A stretch of DNA of 63,311 nucleotides, counting the filler, from Octopus bimaculoides (Eukaryota): the NCBI RefSeq assembly GCF_001194135.2. It is 4 parts of 4 records of this genome, joined end to end, with 100 filler letters (N's around TTAATTAATTAA, not from the genome) between each part and the next. Parts side by side here need not be neighbours in the genome. Positions count along the whole stretch, not along the records: positions 31,034 to 51,868 come from NC_068994.1; 3 more parts are not named here. One strand, given 5' to 3'. Numbering within the stretch: position 1 is the stretch's first letter; each line of letters starts with the position of its first letter. Both the position numbers and the translations under genes were made by a program. The notes beneath the pieces were generated by a model. The model did not search any database, was not told the origin of the DNA, and saw only the letters and a list, made by a program, of their open reading frames with translations. Shown here piece after piece: positions 36,905-50,253 of this stretch.

Positions 36905-39170
36905 TACATACTTGGTGCTGTGGGTTATGGTCTAGTCACCCATATATTAAATCAGATGGTTCATGAAGGAGTCATACCCAATGACTGGTGTAGCAGCATC
37001 ATAGTCAACTGCTACAAAGGTAAAGGTGATACGTTAGGAAGAAATAATTACAGTGGTATCAACTTGTTGGATCAGGTGATGAAAGTTACAGAGAGAGTCA
37101 TAGCCCAACCAATTAGGGAGAGAGTTAGTCTAGATGAGATGCAGTTTGGTTTTGTGCCAGGGAGAAGCACCACTGATGCTATATTTCTGGTAAGGCAACT
37201 TCAGGAGAAATACCTGTCCAAAGGTAAACCTTTGTACTTGACTTTTTTTGAATTGGAAAAAAGCTTTTGATGGGGTCCCCCGATCCCTTATCTAGTGATC
37301 AATGCAGAAACTAGGGATAGACAAGTGGCTAGTGAGAGCCGTACAAGCCTTGTACAGGGATGTTACCAGTAAGATGAGGGTGGGCAATGAGTACAATGAA
37401 GAATTCCCGGTACAAGTAGGGATTCACTAAGGATCAGTGCTCAGCCCCATCTTGTTCATCATAGTCCTCCAGGGAATAACAGAGGAATTCAAGACAGGCT
37501 GCCCCTGGGAGCTCCTTTATGCTGATGACCTTACTCGTACATCTGAATCACCACCAGAACTAGAGAAGTTCCAGGTATAGAAGCAAGGTCAAGAATCAAA
37601 GGGTCTTAGAGTTAACCTAGCAAAAACCAAAGTCATAGTAAGTTGGAAGGCAGACAAATCAGAAATCCCTTCAGGTAGATGGCCTTGCTCAATCTGTGAT
37701 ATGTTCCACATTATGATGACATATTTCGTCATCTGCAAGGCTGGCCTGAACAGCATAACTTGCTGACTGACACTACTTGCTATGTCTGTCCACTATTTAT
37801 TAGTAGTGGACCAGCACACTTCTCACTTGGGTGTGTCTGCCACAACAATCTGTAGAAAAGGTGTAGGTAGAAACTCCATAAGATGCACCCAATGTAAGCT
37901 TTGGACACAAAAACTGCAGCAACATCAGAGGAAGGTTAACAGGGAAACTAACCTTTGTATATGGAAGGTGCACAGGTACAATAAGCAATGAAAATGCACA
38001 GAAAATAGATTTCATCAACTGCTAGGAGAACAAGCTAGAGGTAGTAGATAGCTTCCATTATCTAGGTGACCAAGTTAATAATGGAGGTGGATGTTCTAAG
38101 TTCATAGCTGTGAGAATAAGATTAGGCTGGGCAAAATTCAGAGAGCTCCTACCCCTGGTGGCAACAAAGGGCTTCTCTCTCAGAGTAAAAGGCAGATTGT
38201 TTGATGCCTGTGTGCAAACAGTTATGCTTCATGGCAGTGAAACATGGGCTATGACAGCCAAGGACATGTGTAGGCTTGAAAGAAATGAAGCTAGTATGTT
38301 TTGTTGGATGTGGAATGTCAGTGTACATGTTCGACAGTGTGTAAGCATCTTGAGAGAAAAGTTAGGCATAAGAAAAGTTGGGCATAATCATATGTGGCAT
38401 GCAAGAGAGACAACTGTGCTGGTATGGTCATGTGATGTGTATGGACGAAGACAACTGTGTAAAGAAGTGCTAATCTCTAACTGTAAAGGGAGACTGTGGT
38501 AGAGGTAGTAGACCCAGGAAGACATGGGACAAGGAGGTGAAGCATGATCTTCAAACTTTGAGCCTCACAGAGGCAATGACTGGTGACTGAGACCTTTGGC
38601 AATGTACTGTGCTTTAGAGGACCCATCAAGTCAAGTGCACCTATGCTGGTAGCAGATAAAGAACATCTTTTGAACGCTGGGCCTCATTGAGACAAAGCAC
38701 ATTGATAAAGGTCTCGGTCACCAGTCATTACCTCTGTGAGGCTCAAAGTTCGAAGATCATGCTTCACCACCTCATCCCATGTCTTCCTGGCTGAGTTCCT
38801 CTGGTGCACTGGGCCTCATGAAGACAATGTCTAAGACCTTTGGCATTATGTTGTGCTTGAGAAAACCCATCAAGCCAAGCAAAATTGCAGTCATGGCTGA
38901 TACCAGTGTCACACAAATTGGCACCTGTGCAGGTGGTATGTAGATGCACCCTGGTGTCATGCAAATGGCACCCATGTCGGTGGTATGTAAAAAAAGCCAT
39001 TACACTCTTGGAGTGGTTGGCATTAGGAAGGGCATCCAGCCATAGAAAATCATGCCAAATCAGGCTGGAGCCTGGCATAGCCTTCCAGTGTGACAGCCCA
39101 GTCAAACTGTCCAAACTATGCCAGCATGGACAATGAACGTTAAATGATGTTGATGATGATAATGATAATG
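36905..39170 (+). mobile_element. RTE-clade LINE, 5'-truncated, with internal inversion and (GAT)n tail
   Basis: IPNDWCSSIIVNCYKGKGD...MQFGFVPGRSTTDAIFLVRQLQEKYL, ELLYADDL, RIRLGWAKFREL...LHGSETW; the 3' UTR ends cgttaaatgatgttgatgatgat. Confidence 0.92.
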
Positions 39171-39192
39171 ATATATATCATGTATATATATT

Positions 39193-39241
<49 letters not shown>

Positions 39242-39483
39242 NNNNNNNNNNNNNNTATATTTAAGATTGGTACTTATTCTATCAGTCTCTTTTGCAGAAC
39301 CATTAAGCCATGAGGACATAAACAAACTAACACCAGTTGTCAAGCAGTGAAGAGGGACAAACACTGACACAAAGACATGGATTCTCTCTCTCTCTCTCTC
39401 TCTCTGATATGCATGCACATATTACATGCATACGTATATATACAGGACAAGCTTCCAGAAAGTACTTTTGAGATTTGGAGGCA

Positions 39484-39521
<38 letters not shown>

Positions 39522-40253
39522 TGCATGTGCAGAAAAATACACATACAGATAGAGAGAGAGGAGAAGAAGAAGAAGAGACAGAGAGAAGCCTTACAATTGA
39601 TTAATTGAACGTGATTGGCATAAACAGAAAGAGGGAGAGAGAGAGAGAGAAAGATGGGTTGGGATGTGTTATGTAAATGAGAGAAACATTAAAACTTCTG
39701 GTGTCAGATAAGTCAGCAGCAAATCAGTGATACAAAGATGACTCTGCCAGAATGTTAGGTAATCTGTTATTACATTTCTGTCTATCTACCACCTTGGATT
39801 GGTTGAAACCCCAAAAGAATAAAAGGTAAAGGTGACCTTGGTGTGATTTGAACTCAGGTTACTTATAACTGAAACAACTACCACAAGACATTCTATCCAA
39901 TGCTCTACTAACTCTGCTTCTTGTATTTAACCCTTTAATATTTAAACCACCCATATCAGGCCCAAATATCTTACCTTTTTTTTATGTTTAAACTGGCCAT
40001 ATTCAGCCCCTCACACCTACCTACAATGTCATTCTAAAAATAAATAATCACATCATTGAAATCTTGTGGCTATGAGACAATGCATGATTAATGCACAATG
40101 TGAATACATAGTTATTACATCTGACAGAGTAATCTGAATGCAAAAGGGGGTTAAACTGTAAAATGAAATTGGTTTATTTTAACTAATTGACATGTTTGAG
40201 AACGTAAGAGCATAGTTGTGAGTATCATAACAATGTGACTATGAGTATGATAC

Positions 40254-40420
40254 AGGATAACAATGAGGTGTAACAGTGTAAAGAGACTTGATGTCGAGTG
40301 TGAACAAGAGTCGGGAAGGACCTACAAGGAATGAGAAGGAATTAGAGAGCCAAAGAGCATGGTTGCTGTCATGAATGTATGAGGGGAGGGAATGGTATGC
40401 TTTTATGAAAATGTATTTGT
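40254..40420 (-). mobile_element. Penelope-like element RT fragment
   Basis: NHALWLSNSFSFLVGPSRLLFTLDIKSLYTVTPH matches the PLE RT motif (..FTMDVKSLYT.IPH). Confidence 0.65.
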
Positions 40421-40439
40421 GTATCAATGTAACTGAACT

Positions 40440-41381
40440 GTTGCAGATTGGAAGCATCATTAGTGGAATGTGTGGTTGAATATTGTCATGAAGAATGATT
40501 GGCCCTCTTCTGTTGACCAGTCTGGGACAGAAGAGTAGAAGTTTTTCATTCATTTTGGCAATTTCATGGCCATATGTTTCTACAATAATGGTTTATCTGG
40601 GTTTTACGAAGTTATAGTGGATGAGTTCAACAGTACATTACCAAACAGTCACCATAACCTTCTTTTTGAAAAGTTCAGGTTTAGGAAAGGTTTTTGGTGC
40701 TTCATTTTGGTCCAACCACTGCGTAAAATGTTTTTTTATTATTGTACAGAATCTACTGATCATTGTTGCTCTACAGTTGAGAAATGGATCAGTCTGGTTA
40801 TAGAGAAATAATGACGAACAAATTTCATATCTGCGCATTTTCTGATTTTCATTCAAATCATGTGGTACCCATTTGTCGAGCTTTTTGATTTTCCGATCAC
40901 ATGCAAATGGTTGCAAGCAGTTTTCTGGCTAACTTGAAGTTCTTTTGCCATTACTCAAGTGGTTTTATGTGGATCTTTCTCAATGATGGTCTTTAATTGA
41001 CCATCATTAATGATAGATGGGCGTCCACTATGCTCATGATCTTCAAGGCTCAGGTCCTCACTGCAAAATCATTTAAACCATTTTCAAGCTGACCACTCAC
41101 TCGTCACTTCCTCACCAAACGTTTCCTTGATATCACAAGCAGTTTCAGCTGCTTTACGTCGTTTTTGAAGTTGAATAGCAAAATTGCTTGAATATTGTGC
41201 TTTAATATTTTCATTTCAGATGATTTTTAACAACTGTGAGAGAAATATCAGTGTTATTTATTGATGCATTTGGGCAAGTCTATGTATTATTATCAGACAA
41301 TTGCAAAAAATCTTCAAAAAAAAATGTTAAACTCTGCAAAAATCATGGTTCAGAACGTTGCTTACTTTTTACTCAACCTGA
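40440..41381 (-). mobile_element. Mariner transposase pseudogene
   Basis: SLEDHEHSGRPS, KKLDKWVPHDL, PKPELFKKKVMVTVW and ILHDNIQPH motifs; a TIR-like end ttactttttactcaacctg followed by TA at 41382-83. Confidence 0.85.
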
Positions 41382-41921
41382 TATATATATATTTTTATTT
41401 ATATTTGTGTGTTTCTGTGTGTTTGTGTTTGTCCCCTACCACTAATTGACAACTGGTGTTGGTGCATTACTGTTTCTGTAACTTATCTGTTTGGCAAAAG
41501 ACACCAATAGAATAAGTACTGGGTTTAAAAAATAAAAAAGTAACGGGGTCGATTCATTCGACTAAAATTCTTCAAGGCGGTTCCCCAGCATAGCCATAGT
41601 TTACTGACCAAAACGAATTACAGCTAAAAGATAAAGCCAGTAATTTTAAGGCGTGGAAGTTAGTCAATGCCGTCCACCTTCATACCTGACTGGTACTTTA
41701 TTTCATTGTTTGGTAAAAAGATGAAAGGCAATTTTGACCTGATATGGATTTTAATTTGGAAGGTAAAGAGCTACAACAAATACCACAAGACACATATTTT
41801 TACTGAAGCTTTAAAGATTCTTGTATTGGTTTAATTAATATCAGTAATAAACACTGGTTTTATTTCAAACCTCATGGTGCTACAAACATAGTAAGTGATT
41901 ATAGTGAGATGAGATACTAAT

Positions 41922-42735
41922 ACATCATCATCATCATCATCATCGTTTAACGTCCGCTTTCCATGCTAGCATGGGTTGGACGATTTGACTGAGGACTGGT
42001 GAAACCGGATGGCAACACCAGGCTCCAGTCTGATTTGGCAGAGTTTCTACAGCTGGATGCCCTTCCTAACGCCAACCACTCAGAGAGTGTAGTGGGTGCT
42101 TTTACGTGTCACCCGCACGAAAACGGCCACGCTCGAAATGGTGTCTTTTATGTGCCACCCGCANNNNNNNNNNNNNNNNNNNNNNNNNNNNNNNNNNNNN
42201 NNNNNNNNNNNNNNNNNNNNNNNNNNNNNNNNNNNNNNNNNNNNNNNNNNNNNNNNNNNNNNNNNNNNNNNNNNNNNNNNNNNNNNNNNNNNNNNNNNNN
42301 NNNNNNNNNNNNNNNNNNNNNNNNNNNNNNNNNNNNNNNNNNNNNNNNNNNNNNNNNNNNNNNNNNNNNNNNNNNNNNNNNNNNNNNNNNNNNNNNNNNN
42401 NNNNNNNNNNNNNNNNNNNNNGGTGAGGCCCAATGTACGAAGGTCTTGCCTCACCACCTCAGCCCAGGTCTTCCTGGGCCTACCTCTTCCACGGGTTCCC
42501 TCAACTGTTAGGGTGTGGCACTTTTTCACGCAGCTATCCTCCTCCATTCTCACCACATGTCCATACCAGCGCAATCGTCTCTCTTGCACGCCACAACTGA
42601 TGCTTCTAATGTTCAGCTTTTCTCTCAAGATACTTACACTCTGACGGGTATTCACATTGACATTACACATCCAACGGAGCATACTGGCTTCATTCCTTGC
42701 GAGCTTACGTATGTCCTCAGCAGTTACAGCCCATG
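41922..42735 (-). mobile_element. RTE-clade LINE 3' fragment spanning an N gap
   Basis: RRLRWYGHVVRMEEDSCVKKCHTLTVEGTRGRGRPRKTW; (CAT)n tail at ~41922-41945. Same family as 36905-39170 but less diverged. Confidence 0.9.
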
Positions 42736-42826
42736 TCAGCAGTTAGAAAAAGCAATGAGTATAGAAAAGAGGAAACGAGAGAGAAGAAACAGTAGAGGAA
42801 ATAATAATGATGATAATAATAATAAT

Positions 42827-43006
42827 CCTTTCTGTTATAGGCACAAGGTCTGAAATTTTGGGGGTGGGGGCCAGCCAATTACATCAACCCCGAAAGGATG
42901 AAAAGCAAAAGTCTGTCTCGGTGGAATTTGAACCCAGAACATGATGAAGGCTGAAATACCGCTAAGCATTTCACCCCGTGTGCTACTGAGTCTGCTAGCT
43001 CGCTGC
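42827..43006 (-). mobile_element. Family A SINE ending in an (ATT)n tract
   Basis: The reverse complement matches 27158-27372; its tail ...ttgtgcctataacagaaagg is followed by (ATT)n. Confidence 0.8.
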
Positions 43007-43007
43007 A

Positions 43008-43600
43008 GCAGTAGAAGGAGGAGGAGGAGGAGAAGAAGAAAAAGAAGGAGGAGGGGGGGTAGAAGAAGAAGAAGAAAAAGGAGTAAAAGAAAGAGAAGAC
43101 CACCACCAACAACAACAACAACAGCAATAGCTACAACAACAGCAGGTGTAGCAGCAACGACAAAAAGCGAGATAAAAGAAAAAAGAAGAGGAAGAAAAAG
43201 AAGTGAAAGAAAAAAGAAGACGAAGAGGAAGAAGACGAAGAAGAGGAGGGAAAATGAAGTGTTGAAGTAAAAGACAGAAAAAGAAAAGGAGAAAAGGAGA
43301 AAAAAAAAACGGAGACAGGAAAATAAAAAGGAATGATGTTAGGAGGGAAAGCAGAAATAAATGAATAAATAAATGAAGTCGATGACAGGAAAAGAGTAGA
43401 ACATAAAGACGACGACAAAAAGACGTTAAAGAAAAACATCGACGGAAGTAAAACAACGTTTTATAAAAGGAGATGAAAAGAAGTAATAAAAAAGATGGGA
43501 GATGAAAAACGCAGAAAATGTAAACAAGAAGCAAAATAAAAATTGAGCGGAGAAAACGATAAATTCTGTGAGATAAATTGTGATAAGAGAATTTAAGTAA
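43008..43600. repeat. Purine-rich low-complexity tract ((GAG)n, (GAA)n, (CAA)n)
   Basis: Composition only. It produces the Arg/Lys-rich and Phe/Ser/Leu-rich pseudo-ORFs in the track. Confidence 0.8.
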
Positions 43601-43909
43601 AATCCTAAAACGGTGCAAGGGACTTAACTCGTGTAAGATGAATTTGTTGAAGCTACATAGAGTACGAATTATAGGTAGTAATCTTAAAATAGAATACCGG
43701 ACCTTTTATCCGGCTTCCAGAAAACCGAGAATACTGTGTAATAGCAAACAATATATTGCACCCTGTATTGAGTAAACAGAACCTGTTTTTAAAACTTGGT
43801 TAATTTACATACGGTATGTTAAAAATAGTTTTGTTAACTTTTTTTAAATTGGATTGATATAAATATGAAAATCCTTAGATATCGGGGCCTGTCAGTAAGT
43901 CATTTCTTC

Positions 43910-44090
43910 CAGCCAATGGCGTTTGAGATGTTTGGAGAGGTTGGGCCGCTAACAGCGAAGTTCTTGTCATCGTTGGCGGCTTGCCTTACCAAGGCGTTAA
44001 GTGATGCCCGTGAAGGTGCTTGGCTGTTTTAACGCTTTAGTCTCGCCATCGCTCGTCGTGACGCGGCGAGCGTGTTGGTTTACTTTAGTA
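43910..44090 (+). mobile_element. CRE-clade LINE C-terminal endonuclease fragment
   Basis: PMAFEMFGEVGPLTAKFLSSLA...SDAREGAWLF*RFSLAIARRDAASVL resembles P.A.ET.G.WG..A..F...L....D.RE..FL.QR.S.A..RGNAAS.L. Confidence 0.7.
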
Positions 44091-44640
44091 GGTTCCCTTG
44101 AGACTTTGTGGTGTGTGACCAATTCAGACACTTGGTGAGTGATTTTTTTTTTATTTCTTCTTTCTTTTTGCTTTTCTTTGTTCCTCTTTTTTCATTCCCC
44201 CCACCCCATATGATATATATGTTATATTCCAATAAAAGGATACTGATGTTTAAAAAAGAAAATTAAATATGCAAAGTTGGCCTTGGTGGAATTTGAATTC
44301 AGAGCATAAAGACAGACAAAGTGCCACAAAGCATTTTTCTTGACATGCAAACAATACTGTCAGCTCACCACTTAATGAAAATTAATAGTAAAAATTAATT
44401 AAAAATCATTAAAAATCAACAAACAGACCCTGTTTTAGAAATGAATTAATTTGAATCTGTTAAACAATTTAGCTCTTTACAGTTCATAGTTTATTTTATA
44501 TTTTAAGTTTATAATTTAGACTATCTCCAGAAAACTGGCAAGTCCAGAATTCCAGGATACTTCCAGTCCTAAGCTTGCAGGATGACTGGTCTGATACCAC
44601 CATCATTATCATCATCATTTAACGTCTATTTTCTATGCTG

Positions 44641-44807
44641 GCAAGGGCTGAACAGTTTGACAGGAGCTGACAAGTCAGACGACTGCATAAAGCTCCTCGA
44701 CTCTTTTCTTTGGCATGGTTTCTATGGCTGTATGCCCTACCTAATGCCAACCAGAAATGTATTACAGTATTACGTTTTAATTATTTCTATAGAGGGAGAT
44801 AAACATG
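44641..44807 (+). repeat. 167-bp near-exact direct repeat, copy 1 (copy 2 at 45757-45923)
   Basis: One mismatch in 167 bp by eye. Confidence 0.9.
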
Positions 44808-46324
44808 TAAGTAAATACCATAAATTGTTTTGCTTGAAGTTCTTACAATTCTGCCTATTCACTGTCTTAAAGGAAGAAATGATAAGCCCCTCATGCAATT
44901 TAGACTCGATCTAGATGGCATGCTTCAGCTTGTTACCCTAGACTATCTAAAAAGAAAGAAAAAACACACATCAAAAATTGAATTATTACATTTGAAAGAT
45001 ATTTTCGCAATCAGAGTCACTCATTGACAACTTATGCCACTAATATTTTCTGCAAATCACAGACTATAGGACTTAAAGAGTTAACTGGAACTGCAAGATA
45101 TAATCATTATATTTGTGTTTAATTAAAAAAAAAAAAAAGAATCAAAGATCCCTCCCAAGCTGTAGGCTCATAAAGCTGATTTCTCAGATTCTGTAACATA
45201 TATATTCACCAAATGGATGGGATGTAGGGTCCATCACAAGATAACTCATTTCTACTAGCTGAGTGGACTAAAGCAATGTGAAATGAAGTTTTGCTCAAGG
45301 ACACAAGGCGTCGCTTGGTCCAGGAATCAAAAACCACAATCTTAAGATCATGAGTTCAACACCTTAACCACTAAGTCATGCGCCTTCATACGTGTTTAGT
45401 TAGTAGAATTTTATTTCTTAAGCTTCATGTCAATATTCAACTGGTAAGACATTTTTACATTTAACTTATCCTATGCATTTGTTGTATTTTATTATGCTAA
45501 TAATAAAAATCACACTCGCTGGATCTATTTCACTTCTGTTATTATCATTTGTTGACTAGTTAGCCATTTTACTAAATACCATATTTTCCAGCATATAAGG
45601 CACACTCTTTACCCACCATTTTCCCTTCAAAAGTCACCCTGCACTTTATATGCTGAAGGTCAGGCTTTGTTGCATGTATGTATGTATGTATGTGTATGTG
45701 TGTGTGTATGCGTGTGTGTCATCATCATCATCATTTAGCTTCTGCTTTCTATGCTAGCAAGGGCTGAACAGTTTGACAGGAGCTGACAAATCAGACGACT
45801 GCATAAAGCTCCTCGACTCTTTTCTTTGGCATGGTTTCTATGGCTGTATGCCCTACCTAATGCCAACCAGAAATGTATTACAGTATTACGTTTTAATTAT
45901 TTCTATAGAGGGAGATAAACATGGTGTGGGTTAGATTGTTAGATCGAAACTGGTAAGCTGGAGAGTTGCAGCAGTTTCCAGTCTGATTTACCATGGCTTC
46001 TACAGCTGGATGCAACCACTCCAAGAGTATAATGGGTGCTTTTTATATGCCACCAACACAGGTGCCAGTTACATGACACTGGCATTGGCCACAACTATGC
46101 TTTCACGTGGCTTGATGAGTCTTCTCAAGCACAACATATCACCAAAGGTCTTTGTCGCTTATCATTGCCTCATATTTGAAAGGAGCTTTTTGTATGTATG
46201 TATGCACATGTGCATGTGTGTATGCATGTGTCTGTGTATGTATGTTTTGATGTGTGTGTTTGTCCACTCCTATTGTTTGACAAACTGTGCTGGCTCGTTT
46301 ACGCCTCTGTAACCTAATGGTTTG

Positions 46325-46544
46325 GAAGGTAGCGAGCTAGCAGAAATGTTAGCAAGCTGGGAGAAATGCTTAGTGGTATTTTGTCTGTCTTTACGTTCTG
46401 AGTTCAAATTCTACCAAGGTCGACTTTGCCTTTCATCCTTTCAGGGTTGATAAATCAAGTACCAGTTGCATACTGGGGTCGATCTAATCAAGTGCCCCCT
46501 CCCCTTCCCAAAAATTTCAGGCTTTGTGTCTTGAGTAGAAAAAG
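46325..46544 (+). mobile_element. Family A SINE nested in a family B tail, with a diverged TSD
   Basis: Flanked by aacctaatggtttggaa and aaactagtggtttagaa; the host sequence resumes afterwards. Confidence 0.75.
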
Positions 46545-48587
46545 AAACTAGTGGTTTAGAAAAAATAATCGACAGAATAAGTACCAGAGTTTAAAAAATA
46601 AATAAACAAGTACTTTGGGTCGATTTATTTTTACTAAACCCTTGAAGGCTGTTCCCCAGCACATTAACTTTGAAATACACAATCCGTATTTTTTATAATC
46701 TGAAATATTGGTTATGCTTTTTTAATATCTCGACAAGATGGCAATAACTAGAGAGCTTTTGAACTTAACTATATTTAACCCATAAAGCGCTGGGATTTGC
46801 ACTTACATAGCATCGACTGCTGAGCACATTTTATGAAAATGAGACTACCATGCATGCATAAAAAACAAAAAAATAGTCAAAATATCTTCTATCTTTATAA
46901 TGGTGGCAGGTTTTACATCATCTGAAAAGTCTTTAGTTGTACTGTTAGTCCTCTTGCATTCTGGAGGGTATCAGAGTGTTTGAGTGACATTGGACCCCAA
47001 CAAACGCCCATAAATTAAATGCATCTATCTGGGCCACGTTCGTGGCCTGTCGCGCTTTATGTGTTAAGTACCTAACTTATACGTCCTCGTTTTTAACACA
47101 CCAGGTGATAGTTTAAACGAGATTTACTGCTATTTCTAACAGGTTGAGTGACTTCCTAATGGTTCCAATATAAGCTCATTTGTGACTGTATTTTTGATAC
47201 AGATTATACAGAATAGATGCCAACTGTGGAAACTACAATTTTCCACTATCAGCCTAGCATATGCGAGACGATGAGCAAAGATCAAGGGAAGCTACTCGTC
47301 TTCTTTTAAATCCAAAAATATTTAAATTGTAATACCACCATCATCCTTTCTGATCCTCCTTCTGCACCGCCTTCGCGTAGTCGCCGTCGTTGTCATCGTC
47401 GTCATCGTCATCGTCATCATCAGCATATTCCTAATCGTTATCATCATCAGAATCATCATTTAACGTTTACTTTTTCATGCTTGCATGGGTCAGGCGAAAT
47501 TTGTTGATTCAGAATTTCTGTCTGGATGCCTTCCCTAAATATATTTATTTAGTTTTTATTATTTTTTGTTTCTCTCATCACATCTACATATGAGAGTTGA
47601 GCATGACAGCTGCACCGAAGGCCACAGAGATGGAATGCATCTATTTATTTAATGGTTTGCTCTATGCTCTGTTTTCCTTTTGCCACTAGACTTATGAAGA
47701 AAGTATGAGGGTATTGGTGCTTGTATCTTGGCTTGCTGAACAACCGACATAATGAATAATATTATAGTGAGAACAGTCTGTGCAGAGCCAGTCACATACT
47801 CCTGTCCTTCAAATTTGTATTAATCTGATTCAACAGGTGCCATTAACTCAATAGTTATCAGGATGCAAGAGTTATATGGAGTTACCTTCTCTTTGATGGG
47901 CAGTGAGAGAACTAAATGGTCTGTTGGAGTTTCTGTGACATGATAATCAACCCATACCTGAGACCCTGACAGGTGTTTACAGCTCTGGCTCAGAGTAAAC
48001 CTAGGAACAATAGTGGTTCCAATCTCTTCTAAACCCTGAAGCTCCTGAACCAGGCCTCACAACCTGATGTATTTTGAAGTCATATTCACAATGACAATGA
48101 TATTTACTCATGGCAATTTCCACCATGTTGTTTTTATTGTTTTTTTCTTTTGTTATTTTTTCTCTTGAATAATACTACGTTAAGCATGGTTGGTGCAGAA
48201 CCACTCCCACTCTCTCATCATTCAAAACTGTATCAGGCTGATGCAACAAGTTCCATGAGCCAGTGCTGGATTAACCATTAAGCAAAAATAAGCTCATGCT
48301 TATGGCATCAAGAGAGGGGAGGACCCACAGAAATGATAAATGGTTTACAATACAAAAGAAATCTTAAACTTGCTAAAATAATATTTGATGTGGTTTATAT
48401 GAGTGGAAATATAATTTCAAAATGTTCATGGTGTCATCGAGAAAATCTGATCAAAGATTTTGCAATTAAGAAAAGTAGGAGATAGCTTTTCAAATATAAA
48501 TAAAGTGGAAGTATACAAAAATAAACATTATTTTCTATCTTACTGTTAGTTTTGTTTCATTTTGAAAAACAATTTATTTTGTGGTTT

Positions 48588-48955
48588 ATTATTACCTCCG
48601 CTTTAGTAAAGGCGGAGGTATTGTTTTCAGTTGTGTTTGTTTGTCCGTGAACAAGATATCTCAAGAACCACTGGATGGATTCAGATGAAACTTTCAGGGA
48701 TGTTTGGCCTCATGACTGGCATAAACTGATTAGATTTTGGGATTGATTCAGTACCGGACAAGGATTCTGGATTATGTTTCCTGCTTTTTTACTTAATTTT
48801 TGAGAGCAGTCGGGTTCATTTTTAGTATTCTCATTTGTAAGAGCAGTTGAGTTTATTTAAGATATTCTCATTTTAAAAATCAACTCTGGCTAATCATTGA
48901 GAGGATGTTGGTGTTATCTTGGTGGAGGTTTGCGCTCTCTGAGTGCTCTTGTTTT
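48588..48955 (+). mobile_element. Helentron/HINE-like non-autonomous element
   Basis: 5' hairpin acctccgcttt-agt-aaaggcggaggt, a (gttt)n stretch, and 3' end ggtggaggtttgcgctctctgagtgctcttgttt. The family assignment is from recall. Confidence 0.5.
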
Positions 48956-48967
48956 TATATTGAATTA

Positions 48968-50253
48968 CAGTGTGGGGAAGCAAAACTAGGAAATTTTTGT
49001 AAGCCTTATATTTTTATGTAGCATTGGTCTTATCTTAATTTTTTATCTTATCTTAATTTTTTATCGTATCTTAATTTTTTATCTTATCTTAATTTTTTAT
49101 CTTATCTTCATTTTTTATCTCATACAAACAATTTCATTTGGCTTTTCATATACAAGTCTAACTATGTCACCTCAAGAAGTAAAGAAACAATGCATTGCCG
49201 ATTTACTCCACTCAGGAATTAACATCAAGCGAATTTCTGAGTTGGTTAATGTGTCATTAAGCACAGTTTACATCAAGAATTGTTTGAATAACATCAAAGG
49301 CATTCAGAGGAAGAAAGTCATTGGAGGAACCAGAAGGCCACATATCAAAAATTTCAAAGGATCCAACCACATCCAAAAGGAAACTGGCAATTGACATGAA
49401 AGTTGATGCCAAGACTGTAAGAAAGGCTGTTAACTTTGATATAGGCCTGCTATCATTTGCGCAAACTCTAAGACACTTCCTGGCTGGTTCAATGAAAGTC
49501 AGGAGGTTTGAAAGGGCAAAGTATTGTCCTTCCTCAAGAGATCTGGATCTACTGTGAAAATATTTTCTGATGAGAAAATCTTCACTGTGGATGTTGCTGT
49601 GAACAGACAAGGTGATTGGTTTATTGCTGAATTGCCATCTCAAGTCAAGGGAATTTTCAGAGCAAAGCATCCTGCTCAGGTGATGGTTTGGGGAGTTGTG
49701 GCATCAGATGGCAAAAAAATGTCCCTGCATTTTTTCAAATATGGTGAGAGAATCTGTGCTGATGTCTATTACAAAGTGTTAAGATATCATGCCTTGGCTT
49801 AAGTCTAATTACCTGGAAGGTAATTATATGTGGACTCAGGATGGAGCACCTGCTTATACAGCAAAGAAAGTGCGAATATTTTGCAAGGACAATTTTACTG
49901 TTTTTTAGCCCTCTGATTTCTGGCCCTTCTCCAGTCCAGATTTGAATCTGCTGGACTATTCTGTTTGGGGCACTTTAGAGCAATCTACCAACAGAACATC
50001 TCATCCTAGCACTGAACACCTCAAGCAGGTTTTGAAGGAATAATGAGCCAAATTGTTTAAACATTTTATCACGAAGGGCTGTGGAGCTTTCAGTTGCTGT
50101 ATCCGATTGGTGATAGAAAATAACGGTAAACACATCGAGTGGAATCTCTAGTATTGGCAGTAATAACTTATTTATAAATAATTTTGTAATATGCTGACTC
50201 TTCTGTGTACAATAAAACATTTTGACTTTTCCAAGATTTGCTTCACCACCCTG
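48968..50253 (+). mobile_element. Complete maT (DD37D) Tc1/mariner transposon with TIRs and TA duplication; transposase disrupted
   Basis: TIRs cagtgtggggaagcaaaactaggaaa and cagggtggtgaagcaaatcttggaaa, with TA on both sides. Motifs FSDEK, QDGAPAY and SPDLNLLD, with 37 codons between the second and third D. An 18-bp tandem repeat (x5) lies at ~49028-49120. Confidence 0.9.

Noticed and set aside
44520-44575. Minus-strand gga-periodic stretch resembling a decayed Gly-X-Y exon
   Set aside because: Period alternates 8 and 9 nt, no open Gly frame and no splice sites.
47790-48070. Minus-strand ~78-codon open frame with donor-like gtatgg/gtatgt sites
   Set aside because: No Gly-X-Y pattern, no recognisable homology and no good acceptor.
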